From: Lingula anatina
Lineage: Eukaryota; Animalia; Brachiopoda
Assembly: GCA_051362555.1 (NCBI GenBank)
Contig: CM120643.1
Coordinates: forward strand, 4,898,001 to 4,962,000
DNA length: 64,000 nt
Reading direction: 5' to 3'
Part shown: in pieces, positions 1-12,600 of the stretch
How positions within the stretch are numbered: position 1 is the first letter of the stretch
Layout of the letters: each line of letters begins with the position of its first letter
Position numbers and translations under genes: made by a program
Notes under the pieces: generated by a model
Databases searched by the model: none
Told to the model about the DNA's origin: nothing
The model's input: the letters and a program-made list of their open reading frames with translations, nothing else

Positions 1-220
1 TGGAAGTTTGTTTTACTGTAGGAAGTTCTATTTTACTGTACTTGAATTTGTCAAATAGAAAATGTAAATGTCAGGTTGATCATATCTTTCAATACACATT
101 ATAGTGTAAGAATTCGGATACCATTACATTTTGTACAATATTGCATTTTTTGTCAGCCAAAAATGGTAAATGGTAAAATTGTGTGTCACCTTAGATATAT
201 ATGGAAAGATGTTTCAATAT

Positions 221-511
221 GAGGGCATTCAAAACAAGTTGATCTGCGGACTAACAGACCTACAGACTAAATATGGCTGACTATTTTAAAAGCAGTGCTG
301 ACTAATTCCCTGATGGCCTTGCCACTTCCACACGCACTGTCGCTGCAGGGGCCTTGCAGTAAAACCTCTGAGCTGAGATTTAATCTGTTTAACGGTTCAT
401 GTGGAGGCAAGGGAGACCATCAGAAGATTAAAGGGAGCTGCTTTTAAGTGAGGTCGGTGATATTTAGTTGGAGGATCGTTAGTCTGCGGATTATCTGTTC
501 TGAATGCACTC
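221..511. mobile_element. MITE, PIF/Harbinger-like (GAGTGCATTC-type termini)
   Basis: Imperfect ~35-bp TIRs: gagggcattcaaaacaagttgatctgcggactaac vs the reverse complement of gttagtctgcggattatctgttctgaatgcactc. Same terminus type as the 211-bp MITE in the array. Confidence 0.7.
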
Positions 512-722
512 TGTGTTACATGTATATGCTGCATATGTGAATATAAAAGTCCATTAATTAGTTTGAGATTATTCACGGTAAATGTTTGAATATGTAATAT
601 TGAGCAAATCTATATTTGTAAAAAACAGTGTTTATACAGAAATGTTTTCATAATATGTAAATGAACCCCCTCAACAATATGAACTCTTTGTACATTAGGT
701 AAATATGTAGAGCATTAATATA

Positions 723-946
723 CAGAGGCGGATCCAGGATTATTTGTAAGGGGTGTGTGTTGTTCAAGAATGACAGGCCGCAGATGCGAAGCACCCCTCC
801 ACCCATTGGCATAGGGTTCTGGGGCTTGCCCGAAAATTTTTGGTATTTTAGAGGGCGAACCGTGCCCTTTGGTAAGGTTTAGAACTATGATTCAGCTAGT
901 CAAAATTCCAATTTCAAGAAGGAACCATTGCCTAAGTCCGCCACTG
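723..946. mobile_element. MITE with CAGTGGCGGA-type termini (hAT-like)
   Basis: cagaggcgga...tccgccactg termini flanked by a 6-bp direct repeat aatata (717-722 and 947-952). Confidence 0.75.
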
Positions 947-1344
947 AATATACATGAAAAGATATTCCAATACATATGGTCTATTTACCATAAATATGTT
1001 TGGAAAGATGGTTGAATATTTAGAATATGTTAACATACTATGTATGTACTTAACACTTACAGACAACTGAGACTGACAGATGTTTTAATTATTTATTATA
1101 CCTTTGTGTATATAAATACATTAATTAGTCTTACATTAACTGTGACTTTGGCAAATTTACCACAATATGGTCTTTGAAAATAAAATCTTTTTCTATTGAA
1201 TATATGTCTTACTTCTATCTCTAATATATAGTTCTTTATGTCACGTTTGTTAAAGAAGAAGAAAACACACACACACACACACACACGCAGCATAAATTGT
1301 TGAAAAATGGAATGATCATGCTGACTCTTTCCACTCACAGTTAT

Positions 1345-1416
1345 TAGTGAAAGTGCATGGTGATAGCGAAGGTGACTAAAGATGTAGATGATGGCTATAT
1401 GTGTCTGTGCATAAAA
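1345..1416 (+). mobile_element. Degenerate 3' end of the HINE/Helentron-like family
   Basis: gaaagtgca...agatgatggctatatgtgtctgtgcataaaaaa resembles the family 3' end at 5690-5765, with the hairpin partly deleted. Confidence 0.5.
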
Positions 1417-2019
1417 AATTGATGTATAATATTAAAAGTTATTAATATCATTTGAAGTTGGAGCAGACACATCTTGGAGGTAATTAAAATCTATAAATTT
1501 GTATATGTTTAATTGGAAAAAATTCTAATTGATATTATTTCATTTTTCACAAAAAATACGTTTTTTTTTATAGAAAATAAAGTGTAAGGAAAAAGATAAG
1601 AGGAGGAAAAAAAACAAAAATTAAAAATACATCTTTCTTTACCCTAAAACATCCATTATTACAGTGAAATAATGAAGAACACATATTATATTGGCATGCA
1701 TGTACTCAACAAATAAAAATACTCTATTTTCACTAGTATATCTAAAATTCAAAATTAATAAATCTTCATACATGAAAAACAATGCACTAACACTAAAAGA
1801 ATTAACAAAATTTCACATTACAGTATCAACAGGTCTTTAAACAAGGCAGCAAAGCTGTCAAATGTACAGACAAAAACCAGAAAATAAAAACGCAGGAAAT
1901 AGGATACTGTCAATTCTGATGAACTAATGTATTATGCTTACTGTAACTGCATAGCCAACATCAAATTCTAATTCTGCATAACATTGGATTAGGATGAAAG
2001 TTAAATGTGTATCAAGCAT

Positions 2020-2240
2020 TAGACTGAGTTCCCATACCTAGATCAATCTAACAGGATCAATCCAACTCCAAGGGGTTTCTCACTAAATTGCTTTCAGCTT
2101 GAGAGTCTTAGGATTCTGGCATGCCAGTTTCAGTAGACGTGACAGACAGCTAAGCCACTTACATTGATTGCAATTTAGCGAGAATTCCCATGGAGATAGA
2201 TCGATCCACAGTTAGCGTGATAGGGTCTGGAAATAGTCCC
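2020..2240. mobile_element. Degenerate MITE nested in HINE copy 1, related to the array MITE
   Basis: Shares gatcaatctaa / gcaatttagc / tagatcgatc words with the 39917-40127 MITE; inverted arrangement ctaaattgc...gcaatttag. Confidence 0.4.
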
Positions 2241-4169
2241 TAAGGTGTCAGGCTGATAAGAGTTAAACTTTGGAAATGCCAGAATGAGGTACAGTGAAAA
2301 TTACACAAAAAATTGCTTAAACTCATTAAAAAATATATATATCTATACATATGTATATAATTTTTTTTTTTTTTTTGGGCTGTATGTCAATCCTAAGAAT
2401 CATTCTTGACTCCTAAGAATCATTAACTTAACAAAATACAGAAAATGTTACAAAGTAAGAGTACAGGGCTCCTGGCAGATGGGAGTGATAAGTCACAACT
2501 TGAAAATGCCAGTATAGCACTCTATAAACCTGCATTGCTTTCAAAACAGGAAGCAATCACACTGGTTTTCAAACACAAGCTGCACTTCTGTCTTACGAAA
2601 CTTTTCAGTAAGTTTCAGTATCGTAGGTAACATGGTTTTGCCTTAATCGCTATCCTGGCAGCAGTGTCCAAAATAGGGTTTTCTTCAACTTTCATGCAAT
2701 ATAACATAATACTTAACAGCATAATGACCATCAAATTTTTTATAAAAAAAAAAAAATAAAAGTATCATGAATATTCAGAAAATGTGATTTGGGAAGGTCT
2801 TCAAGGCCATGGAAGTTCAGAGTCACACTTTCAAAATGCCAAAACGTAAACAAGAGATAACTGTACTAAAATGATTTTCTTTCCATTTTCAACACCTTCT
2901 TTAAAACAAAATAATCAATAAACTGTCATTTTTAAATGTTCAACTAGGAAAATTGTTGACATAGGAAAAATATCAATAGAACAATTTTCAATGTCCAATT
3001 TGCTCCATTTGCAGATGCTGAACATAGTGAACGATTAAATCTGACAAACTGCAATGATGAGTTCCTTTCCATTCATGATACTTTATTACACAATGCACAA
3101 TAACAGGTTTACCGTCATTTTTATATAATCAACTAACAATATTGTTAAGAAGCAGAAAATGTTAAAACAACACTTTTACATATCTTATTAGTTCCATAAT
3201 GAGACTGTTAACATGCCTAAGAATTAAATCCGAAGAAATAACAATTATATACAAAAATACAGAAAATGCACAGCACTTCTGGTGGATGGGAGTTAAAAAT
3301 CACATCTTGAAGATGCTAGTGTTTGAAAAATAATTAAAAAAAAAATTTAAATAAAACGTAAAAAATTCCAATAAAGCTGCTATTCAAACTTTTAATCTAG
3401 CTGTATTAACTTGATATTAATAACCCCACCAAGTTTGAGAAAAATAAACCACTGTTATTCATCTATAGCATGTTGGCATAACACATTTTTTGTTGTAAAT
3501 TTATTTGCAATGTTAAACACCATTTATCTGCATAATTATCACCAAATCCTAATTTTGTGACACAGTTAACAGAGCTAAACCTATGGGACTTTACAGGGAA
3601 ATCTCAACGAGTGTTTTATGTAATCTCATTTAATGGCCAATTGAAAATTAATTACTAGGCAAGACTTTATAGACCTTAATTTAATTAGGGATCACCCAAG
3701 GGACAATTTCATACAGTACCATCATATAGCACAAAGGTGTTATAGGCGTTGCATACATGCTGAAAAAAGTGAAAAAAACAGCATAACTACCCTAAAAATG
3801 ACCCGATCATGCTGATTTTCAAACTTGACCTGCGTATTATAAATATTCATTAGTTCTGCAAGTTTCAAGCCAAAAGGTAAAATGGTTTTCCACTTATCAT
3901 GTTATCAGTGTTGCATATATCAGTGTTGCATATATGCATTCTGAGATTCTGAAGATAGTAGATGATTGAATCTGACAAACTGCAATGATATGAGTTTATT
4001 TCCATTTTTGTCACTTTATAACATAATACACAATAACAAGTTTACCAACATTTTTACATAATCAACTAACAATGTTATAAAGATGCAGGAAATGTCAAAC
4101 AAACACTTTTACATATCTTATTTGTTCAATAATGAGACTGTTAACATGCCTAACAATTGAATCTGAGGA

Positions 4170-5690
4170 AATGTGAAAAAACAGCATAACTTCTAAAATA
4201 ATGGCCCGATTATGCTGATTTTCGCACTCATCCTAAGTTTTAGTAAGATTGACCAGTCCTGTTAGTATAATGACAATTTCCCCATCTGTTTTTCTTATAT
4301 TGTGTTATCAGTGCTGCATATATGCTGAAAAAAGTGCAGGAAATGTCAAACAAACACTTTTACATATCTTATTTGTTCAATAATGAGACTGTTAACATGC
4401 CTAACAATTGAATCTGAGGAAATGTGAAAAAACAGCATAACTTCTAAAATAATGGCCCGATTATGCTGATTTTCGCACTCATCCTAAGTTTTAGTAAGAT
4501 TGACCAGTCCTGTTAGTATAATGACAATTTCCCCATCTGTTTTTCTTATATTGTGTTATCAGTGCTGCATATATGCTGAAAAAAGTGAAAAAACAGCATA
4601 ACTTCCCTTAAAATGGCCCGATCATGCTGATTTTCGAACTTGACCTGCGTATTATAAATATTCATCAATTCTGTAAGTTTCAAGCCAAAAGGTAAAATGG
4701 TTTTTCACTTATTGTGTTATCGGTGTTGCATATATGCTGAAAAAAGTGAAAAAACAGCATAACTTCCATAAAATTGACCCGATAGCTCTGATTTTCAAAC
4801 TTGACCTGCGTATTATGAATATTCATCAGTTCTGTAAGTTTCAAGCCAAAAGGTAAAACAGTATTTCACTTATCGTGTTATCGGTGTTGCATATATGCTG
4901 AAAAAAGTGAAAAAACAGCGTAACTTCCCTAAAAATGAACCGATCATGCTGATTTTCGAACTTGACCTGCGGATTATGAATATTCATCAGTTTTGTAAGT
5001 TTCAAGCCAAAAAGTAAAATGGTTTTCAACTTATCGTGTTATCAGTGCTGCATATATGCTGAAAAAAGTGAAAAAACAGCATAACTTCCCTAAAAATGAA
5101 CCGATAATGCTGATTTTCGCACTCATCCTAAGTTTTAGTAAGATTGACCAGTCCTGTTAGTATAATGACAATTTCCCCATCTGTTTTTCTTATATTGTGT
5201 TATCAGTGCTGCATATATGCTGAAAAAAGTGAAAAAACTGCATAACTTCCCTTAAAATGGCCTGATCATGCTGATTTTCAAACTTGACCTGCGTATTATA
5301 AATATTCATCAATTCTGTAAGTTTCAAGCCAAAAGGTAAAATGGTTTTTCACTTATTGTGTTATCGGTGTTGCATATATGCTGAAAAAAGTGAAAAAACA
5401 GCATAACTTCCATAAAATTGACCCGATAGCTCTGATTTTCAAACTTGACCTGCGTATTATGAATATTCATCAGTTCTGTAAGTTTCAAGCCAAAAGGTAA
5501 AACGGTATTTCACTTATCGTGTTATCGGTGTTGCATATATGCTGAAAAAAGTGAAAAAACAGCGTAACTTCCCTAAAAATGAACCGATCATGCTGATTTT
5601 CGAACTTGACCTGCGTATTATGAATATTCATCAGTTCTGTAAGTTTCAAGCCAAAAGCAAAAACGGTTTTCCACTTATTGTGTTATCGGT
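4170..5690 (+). repeat. ~161-bp satellite-like core repeat array inside HINE copy 1
   Basis: catatatgctgaaaaaagtg recurs at ~4568, 4729, 4890, 5051, 5212, 5374 and 5535. There is also an exact ~251-bp duplication (4085 vs 4336). Confidence 0.9.
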
Positions 5691-5976
5691 AAAAGTGCAC
5701 GACGGCGACGACGACAGACGCAGATGACGGCTATATGTACAGACACATCTGTGTCTGTACATAAAAAATAATAAAAAAAATCATTTTATTTTCACTCTTT
5801 AAAAACCAGATTGACTATTTAGCAAAAAGACTAATACTTGAGAAAATAAAATTACATGGAAAAGACATACATAAGTAAGGACATTCTACAAACACTAACA
5901 AAAATACTTTACATGTGTTCACCATAAGAATTATGAAACTTACACAGCCTTACACAAAAGAAAAAAAAAAAAAAAA

Positions 5977-8900
5977 AACAAGGCAGCAAAGCTGTCAAAT
6001 GTACAGACAAAAAGCAGGAAATAACAAAATAGGCTACTGTCAATTCTGATGCAAAAGTACATTATGTTAAACTGCAAATTCAACATCAAATTTTAATTAT
6101 GCTCAACAGGTAATACCAATGTAAGTAAAATGTGAAACAAGCCTAAGGCTTCAGGCCCATGGGAGTTCAAGTTCACACTTTGAAAATGTAAAACTTCCAG
6201 AAAAAGAAGTCAATTAGACTGCTTTTCCAACTCAGGCTGCATTTTAGTCCTGTATTTCTTTTTTGAAAGTTTGGCAATCATAAGAAACATGGTTTTCCCA
6301 TAATGGTCATCATGGCAGCAGCACCCAAAATTGTGTTTTCTTCTATTCTGATGCAATATTACATAATGGTTAACAGCATAATGACAATCAATTTTTAATA
6401 ACAAAATATATGTATCATGGATTTTCAGAAAATGTGACATGGAAAGGCCTTCAAGGCCATGGAAGTTCAGAGTCACACCTTCAAAATGCCGAAATGTAAA
6501 CAAGAGATAACTATACTGAAATGATTTTCTTTTCACTTTCAACACCTTTTTATTTATATATAACAAAATAATCAATTTACTGTCATTTTTAAATGATCAA
6601 CTAAAAAAATTGTTGACATAGAAAAAATATCAATAGTCCATTTTGCTCCATTCTGAGATTCTGAACATGGCGAATGATTGAATCTGACAAACTATAAAGA
6701 TACCAGTTTATTTCCATTTTTGACACTTTATTACACAATACACAATAACAGGTTTACCATCTTTTTTATATGATCAACTAACAATATTGTTAAGATGCAG
6801 AAAATGTCAAAAGAACACCTTTACATATCTAATTAGTTTATAAATGAGATTTTTAACATGCCTAAGAATTACATCTGAGGAAAAAACACTTACATACAAA
6901 AAAAGGCATAACTTCACCAAAACTGAAACGATCGAGCTTATTTTCGAACTTAATCTGTATTTCAGTAAGACTGTTCACTCCTGTGAATTTCAAGACAATT
7001 GGCCACTTGATTTTCCTAGAAATGTGTTATCGGTATTGCATATATGCTGAAAAAAGTGAAAAAAAACAGCATAACTTACACAAAAATGGTGCGATCATGC
7101 TGATTTTTGAACTTGACCTGCTTATTATAAATATTCATCAGTTCTGTAAGTTTCAAGCCAAAAGGTAAAACGGTTTTTCATTTATCCTGTTATCAGTGTT
7201 GCACATATGCTGAAACAAGGCAGCAAAGCTGTCAAATGGACAGACAAAAAGCAGGAAATAACAATGCAAAAAAATAGGCTACTGTCAATTCTGATGTAAA
7301 AATACATTATGCTTAACTACAAATTCAACATCAAATTTTAATTATGCTCAACAGGTAATACCAATGTAAGTAAAATGTGTAACAAGCATAAGGCTTCAGG
7401 CCCATGGGAGTTAAAGTTCACACTTTGAAAATGCCAGAATGAGAAAAATGAAAATTTCACACAAAATTGTATAATTCAATAATAAATGACAACCCAATTG
7501 AGCTGGCTTTCTAATTTGAACTGCATGCCAATCTTAAAAATCATACTTGTAAGTTAAAAATAATAAGTAACACAGTTTTCTTTTCATAATTTTTGTAGTA
7601 GCAGTGCAAAAAGATTTCTGTCCATTTTGATGTAACATTACATAATATATTACAGAATAATTATCACCAATTTTTGATTATTGACTATAAATAGCATGGA
7701 CATGTAGAAAATTTGATTACCATTCAGCTTCATGTCCATGGGAGCTCAGAGTCCCACAATTAATATGCCAACCCGAAAAAAATGGATATTTCACTAAAAT
7801 GTATAACTTCCAAAAAAAGAAGCCAATTAGACTGCTTTTCCAACTCAGGCTGCATTTTAGTCCTGTGTTTCTTTTTTGAAAGTTTGACAATCATAAGTAA
7901 CATGGGTTTCCCATAATGGTCATCATGGCAGCAGCACCAAAAATTGTGTTTTCTTCTATTTAAATGCAATATTACATAATGCTTAACAGCATAATGACCA
8001 TCAACTTTTAATAATAAAATATATGTATAATGGATTTTCAGAAAATGTGACTAGCATGGGTCTTCAAGCCCGTGGAGGTTCTAAGTCACACCTTGAAAAT
8101 GCCAATATGTGAAAAGTTAAATTTTCACAAAAAAAAAAAAATGTTTAATTGCAAGAAAAAATTTACCAAAAAGATTGCATTGCTTACTGAAGCTGTATTT
8201 TAGTCCTGTGTTTCCTTCCTGTAAGTTTGAGAACAGTAAGTGACATGGTTTTCCTTACATGGTCATCATGGAAGCAGTGCCCAAAATAGGGGTTTCTTCA
8301 AATTTTGATGCAATATTACATAATGTTTAACAGCATAATGACCATCAATTTTTAATAATAAAATATTAGTATCATGGATATTCAGAAAACATGACTAGCA
8401 AAGGTCTTCAGGCCCATGGAACTTCAAAGTCACACCTTGAAAATGCCAAAATGTAAACAAGACAGCACTGTTCTGAAATGGGTGTTTTCCCATTTTTAAC
8501 AATTTTTTAACATAAAACAAAATTAACAGTTTACTGCCATTTTTATATGATCAACTAAGAAAATTGATGAGATGGGAAAAATATCAATAGAATAGTGTTA
8601 AATGTCCAATTTCCTCCATTCTGAGATTCTGAACATAGTGAATGATTCAATCTGACAAACTGAAATGATATGAGTTTATTTCCATTTTTGAAACTTTATT
8701 ACACAATACACGTTAACAAGTTTAACATCATTTTTACAAAATCAACTAACAATGTTGTAAAGATGTAGGATATGTCAAACAAACACTTTTACGTATCTTA
8801 TTAGTTCAATAATGAGACTGTTAACATGCCTAACAATTGAATCTGAGGAAATGTGAAAAAACAGCATAACTTCTAAAATAATGGCCCGATTATGCTGATT

Positions 8901-9805
8901 TTTGAACCCGCGTTTTAGTAAGATTGACCACTACTGTGAGTTTAATGACAATTGGTCTATCTGTTTTTCTTATATTGTGTTATCAGTGCTGCATATATGT
9001 TGAAAAAAGTGAAAAAATAGCATAACTCCCCTAAAAATGGCCCGATCATGCTGATTTTCGAAGTTGACCTGTGGATTATAAATATTCATCAGTTTTGTAA
9101 GTTTCAGGCCAAAAGGTAAAATGGTTTTCCACTTATTGTGTTATCGGTGCTGCATATATGCTGAAAAAAGTGAAAAAACAGCATAACTTCCCTACAAGTC
9201 ACCCGATCATGCTGATTTTCGAACTTGACCTGCATATTATGAATATTCATCAATTCTGTAAGTTTCAAGCTGTAATAATAAACAGTTTTCCACTTATCTT
9301 GTTATCGGTAAAAGTGCACGACGGCAACGACGGCGACGACGGCGACGACGACAGACGCAGATGATGGCTATATGTACAGACACATCTGTGTCTGTACATA
9401 AAAAGTGAAAAAGCAGCATAACTTCCATAACAATGGCCCGATCAGGCTGATTTTCGAACTTGACCTGCATATTATAAATATTCATCATTTCTGTAAGTTT
9501 TAAGCCAAAAGGTAAAACAGTTTTCCACTTATCGTGTTACCGGTGTTGCATATATGCTGAAAAAAATGAAAAAATAGTACAACTCCCATAAAAATGGTCC
9601 GATTCTGCTGATTTTCGAACTTGACCTGCGTATAATGAATATTCATCAGTTCTGTAAGTTTCAAGCCAAAAGGTAAGACGGTTTTTCACTTATCGTGTTA
9701 TCTGTGAAAGTGCACGGCGATGATGACAATGATGACACTGACTACAATGGCGACGACAGACACAGGTGACAGCTATATGTACAGACACATCTGTGTCTGT
9801 ACATA
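5977..9805 (+). mobile_element. HINE/Helentron-like element, copy 2 (outer, interrupted by copy 3)
   Basis: Family 5' end after poly-A at 5977; family 3' hairpin end at ~9777-9805. Confidence 0.7.
7214..9400 (+). mobile_element. HINE/Helentron-like element, copy 3, nested in a core repeat of copy 2
   Basis: 5' end follows gcacatatgctga and 3' end is followed by aaaagtgaaaaagcagcataacttcc. Removing it restores the core junction catatgctga-aaaagtgaaaaa. Confidence 0.75.
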
Positions 9806-10077
9806 AAAACACATTCAATGTCACAACAGACAATGCACAGTGATCAGAAGGTATACATGAAATTTTGTCTATATAAAGATTTATGATAAGTTAACCCTCG
9901 CCCCACCAACTCCAAACAGTTCACCTTAAAAACATATATAACTGAGTGGGATCTAATTAAGTGACCCTTTTTCACAATAATAATTTCTAAGGTACAAACA
10001 TACAGCAGCAATGATCACAATAGGATTGAAAAGAATCGCCAATGTAGCAATATCATTGTTGTACCGACTTCTGATGA

Positions 10078-10589
10078 GAGGGTAGAGAATACCTTTTGCG
10101 TTATACATGATTGGCCTTATTTTTCAAGTGTGATGTGATTCAGGAACTTCTTTGTTCCACGTTATTGGTATAAATTCATCAATGTGATTCGCCATTTACC
10201 CTTCCAAATCTACGTGATTTGTGAAAACGTTTAATTAGTGTTATAAGAATTTGTTCTAGAACGTCCTGAACTTTGCATCATGATTGTAAGGCGATCACTT
10301 ACTGGAGATAAATTCAACAAACTCTTCAAAAAAGGAAGGCCAAAAAGTGGAAATGTGAGTAGTTTGCTAGTTTCCGGTTCAATTCGTACATTATTGCCTT
10401 AGTCTCTGTCGCGGGAATCCTGACCAATGCGAAAGGCTGAATATCTCTAAGCAGATGATTCCTGTCATTCAACACACGAAATAAATCATTCTGGTAATGT
10501 TATATATTCTTTGCATTCCTGCAAGTACGGCATTTTTCCATCTTGATGAATGGTGATAGCTTTCAATTCCTCGTGATTGGTGATTGACC

Positions 10590-10646
<57 letters not shown>

Positions 10647-11655
10647 TTATTTATTTATTTATTTATTCGGTAGCAAATAAAAATACAATCTTACAGTTTT
10701 TGGCTTATGAATCACACACAAACACACACACACACATTTACATACTTGAACTCTCTTTCTCTCTCAGTAAAAAAAGGTTCACTAGTGGGCTTGATTTGGT
10801 CTTAAAGTGCAATTTAAGAACACAAATAGTCTTACATGATCTTAAAACATGAGTAAGACCATTTCTAGTCTGACAGCCAATTAAGTTGTCTTCCCTTACA
10901 CATTCTCCTATTGTGAGCAGAGGTGTCCTCTATTGTGAGGGGAGGTATCCCCTGTTGTGAGGGGAGGAAACTGCTTGACCACTTAAGTAGATGTTAGATC
11001 ATTTTTGATCTTAAAAGCAGATTCAGTCCATTTTAAGACTACTGCTGTAATGATTAAGATCGTGTAAGATCACTTGTGAACTTAAATTGCACTTTAAGAC
11101 CAAATCTAGCCCACTAGTGGTTGTACAGTTACAGTATTGAATAAACGGGTAGAGAGTAGAGATTGACAATTCATGTTGTTAACCTTACAATTGAAATTCT
11201 AAGAGGTATATCATTAGCTTGTTGCTTGTCAATTAAGTTGCAATATGCGATCAATATTTTTCCATTTTCTTTTAACATTTTGTTGTTTTTTGTCGGTATA
11301 CATATATAAAGAATATAAACAAATATATTTCTGTAATAATTAACATATTGTCTAGTTCCTTCCCATGTTGAGATTTCTGTTTTCGTTCTACATTAACTAA
11401 TATATTTCTTAATTATTAAGATAAGTAGATAAAAACCTTTTATATCATATGTTTGCACAAGCCTGAGTATAAAAATCTCAGGAGATCTCTCAATTACAAT
11501 ACCTAAATTATCTTTTACGGAACAAATGACACACGTCCAAACGTTCTGTACATGAGGGCAATCCCAGAAAACGTGAAGAATATATCTTCATGATTGATGA
11601 TTGACCTGTTTTAATTCTTCGTGATTGGTGATTAAGGGGGGTATTCTCTACCCTC
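10078..11655. mobile_element. Non-autonomous PIF/Harbinger-like element
   Basis: Perfect 16-bp TIR gagggtagagaatacc / ggtattctctaccctc; TGA direct repeat at 10075-10077 and 11656-11658. Confidence 0.8.
10780..11119. mobile_element. CACTA-type MITE nested in the PIF-like element
   Basis: Begins CACTAGTGGG and ends CCCACTAGTG; ~39-bp near-perfect TIR; 3-bp TSD gtt on both sides. Confidence 0.85.
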
Positions 11656-12600
11656 TGATGAGGCTGAGAGGTTGAGATGAGTTCAGCTGTTGTCAGTGTG
11701 ACGATAATCCAGGAAACACATCTTCATCTCTACTGAAAACAGATAATACATCATCAATAAAAATATATATATATGTAGACACATACAGTAGTGTAATGAT
11801 TTTACATAGCCTTTATTTCCTGTAGTAAGCTATAGGCTTTTGTTTACATTCAGCTAGTGTGTGTTGAACTTTGAACCTTAAGTTGAAATGGCTTGTAAGT
11901 GGCCAGTCACAAATCAGTTGCGATGTGTCGGGGGTGGGTAAAACCCGAGAAAGGATGAGTGCAAATAAGGGGGTAAAAGTGCCCACTTTTGTACATGAAA
12001 AATAAATTGTGAATGAATGGAAAAAAAATGATGCCAAATTAAAGTTGGGGTCTTACACTTTTATGATCCACTTTAAAAAAATTTTTATTGAATTTGAAAT
12101 ATAAAAAATTAATGTCAAAATGACCTTGTCAAATATTCATGAAAATGTGTGTTTTAGGGGGTCTGAATTGCAATGCTACATATCTTTAGTTATAGTAAGG
12201 TGACAACTGCCAGATTTTGTAATTGGGTACAGAAGGTGCCCATGTAAAAAAGTAAGGCAATATGTGGCCAATCATTGTTTGTGATCAATATTTTGATTAC
12301 TTTATTTGTACATGTAGTGCTGATTGAAAGAAGAATCTTAGTGACTTGAGGGTAAAAGATGTTCATTTTTTATATGAGCCCCTGCCTCAGACAAGCTAAT
12401 TATTCATGGTTGAAAAGACATGAATATAAGGTGAGATATATGTGAAAATCAGCTTGTCTGAGGGTTGGGCTCGATATGTACTCAAACTAAATAGGGACAT
12501 TTTCAGTCCATATGCTAGCAGGCAGCCATGTTTATTCCTGCCATGTAGCTGCTACATGCTTACATAGTAAGGGTAGGCAGATACAGTGAAACGTTTGTAC

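Larger units (their letters stand above)
1840..5765 (+). mobile_element. Non-autonomous Helentron-like element (HINE/DINE-1 type), copy 1
   Basis: 5' end aacaaggcagcaaagctgtcaaATGTACAGACA; internal ~161-bp tandem cores; (GAC/CGG)-rich microsatellite; 3' hairpin atgtacagacac-atct-gtgtctgtacat then an A-run. The 5' subterminal motif is the inverse of the 3' hairpin arm. Confidence 0.75.
9810..11790 (-). repeat. Oldest, diverged copy of the array A/B module, split by a transposon
   Basis: 9810-10077 and 11656-11790 match the array module (acattcaatg...gtatacatgaaattttg...ataatccaggaaacac...ctactgaaaacag). Confidence 0.8.

Noticed and set aside
4170-5690. CRISPR-like repeat-spacer array
   Set aside because: Whole monomers are repeated with no unique spacers; eukaryotic context and no cas genes.
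11820-12600. Possible additional DNA-transposon fragment
   Set aside because: Looks repeat-derived, but I could not find termini, a TSD or a second copy in the window.
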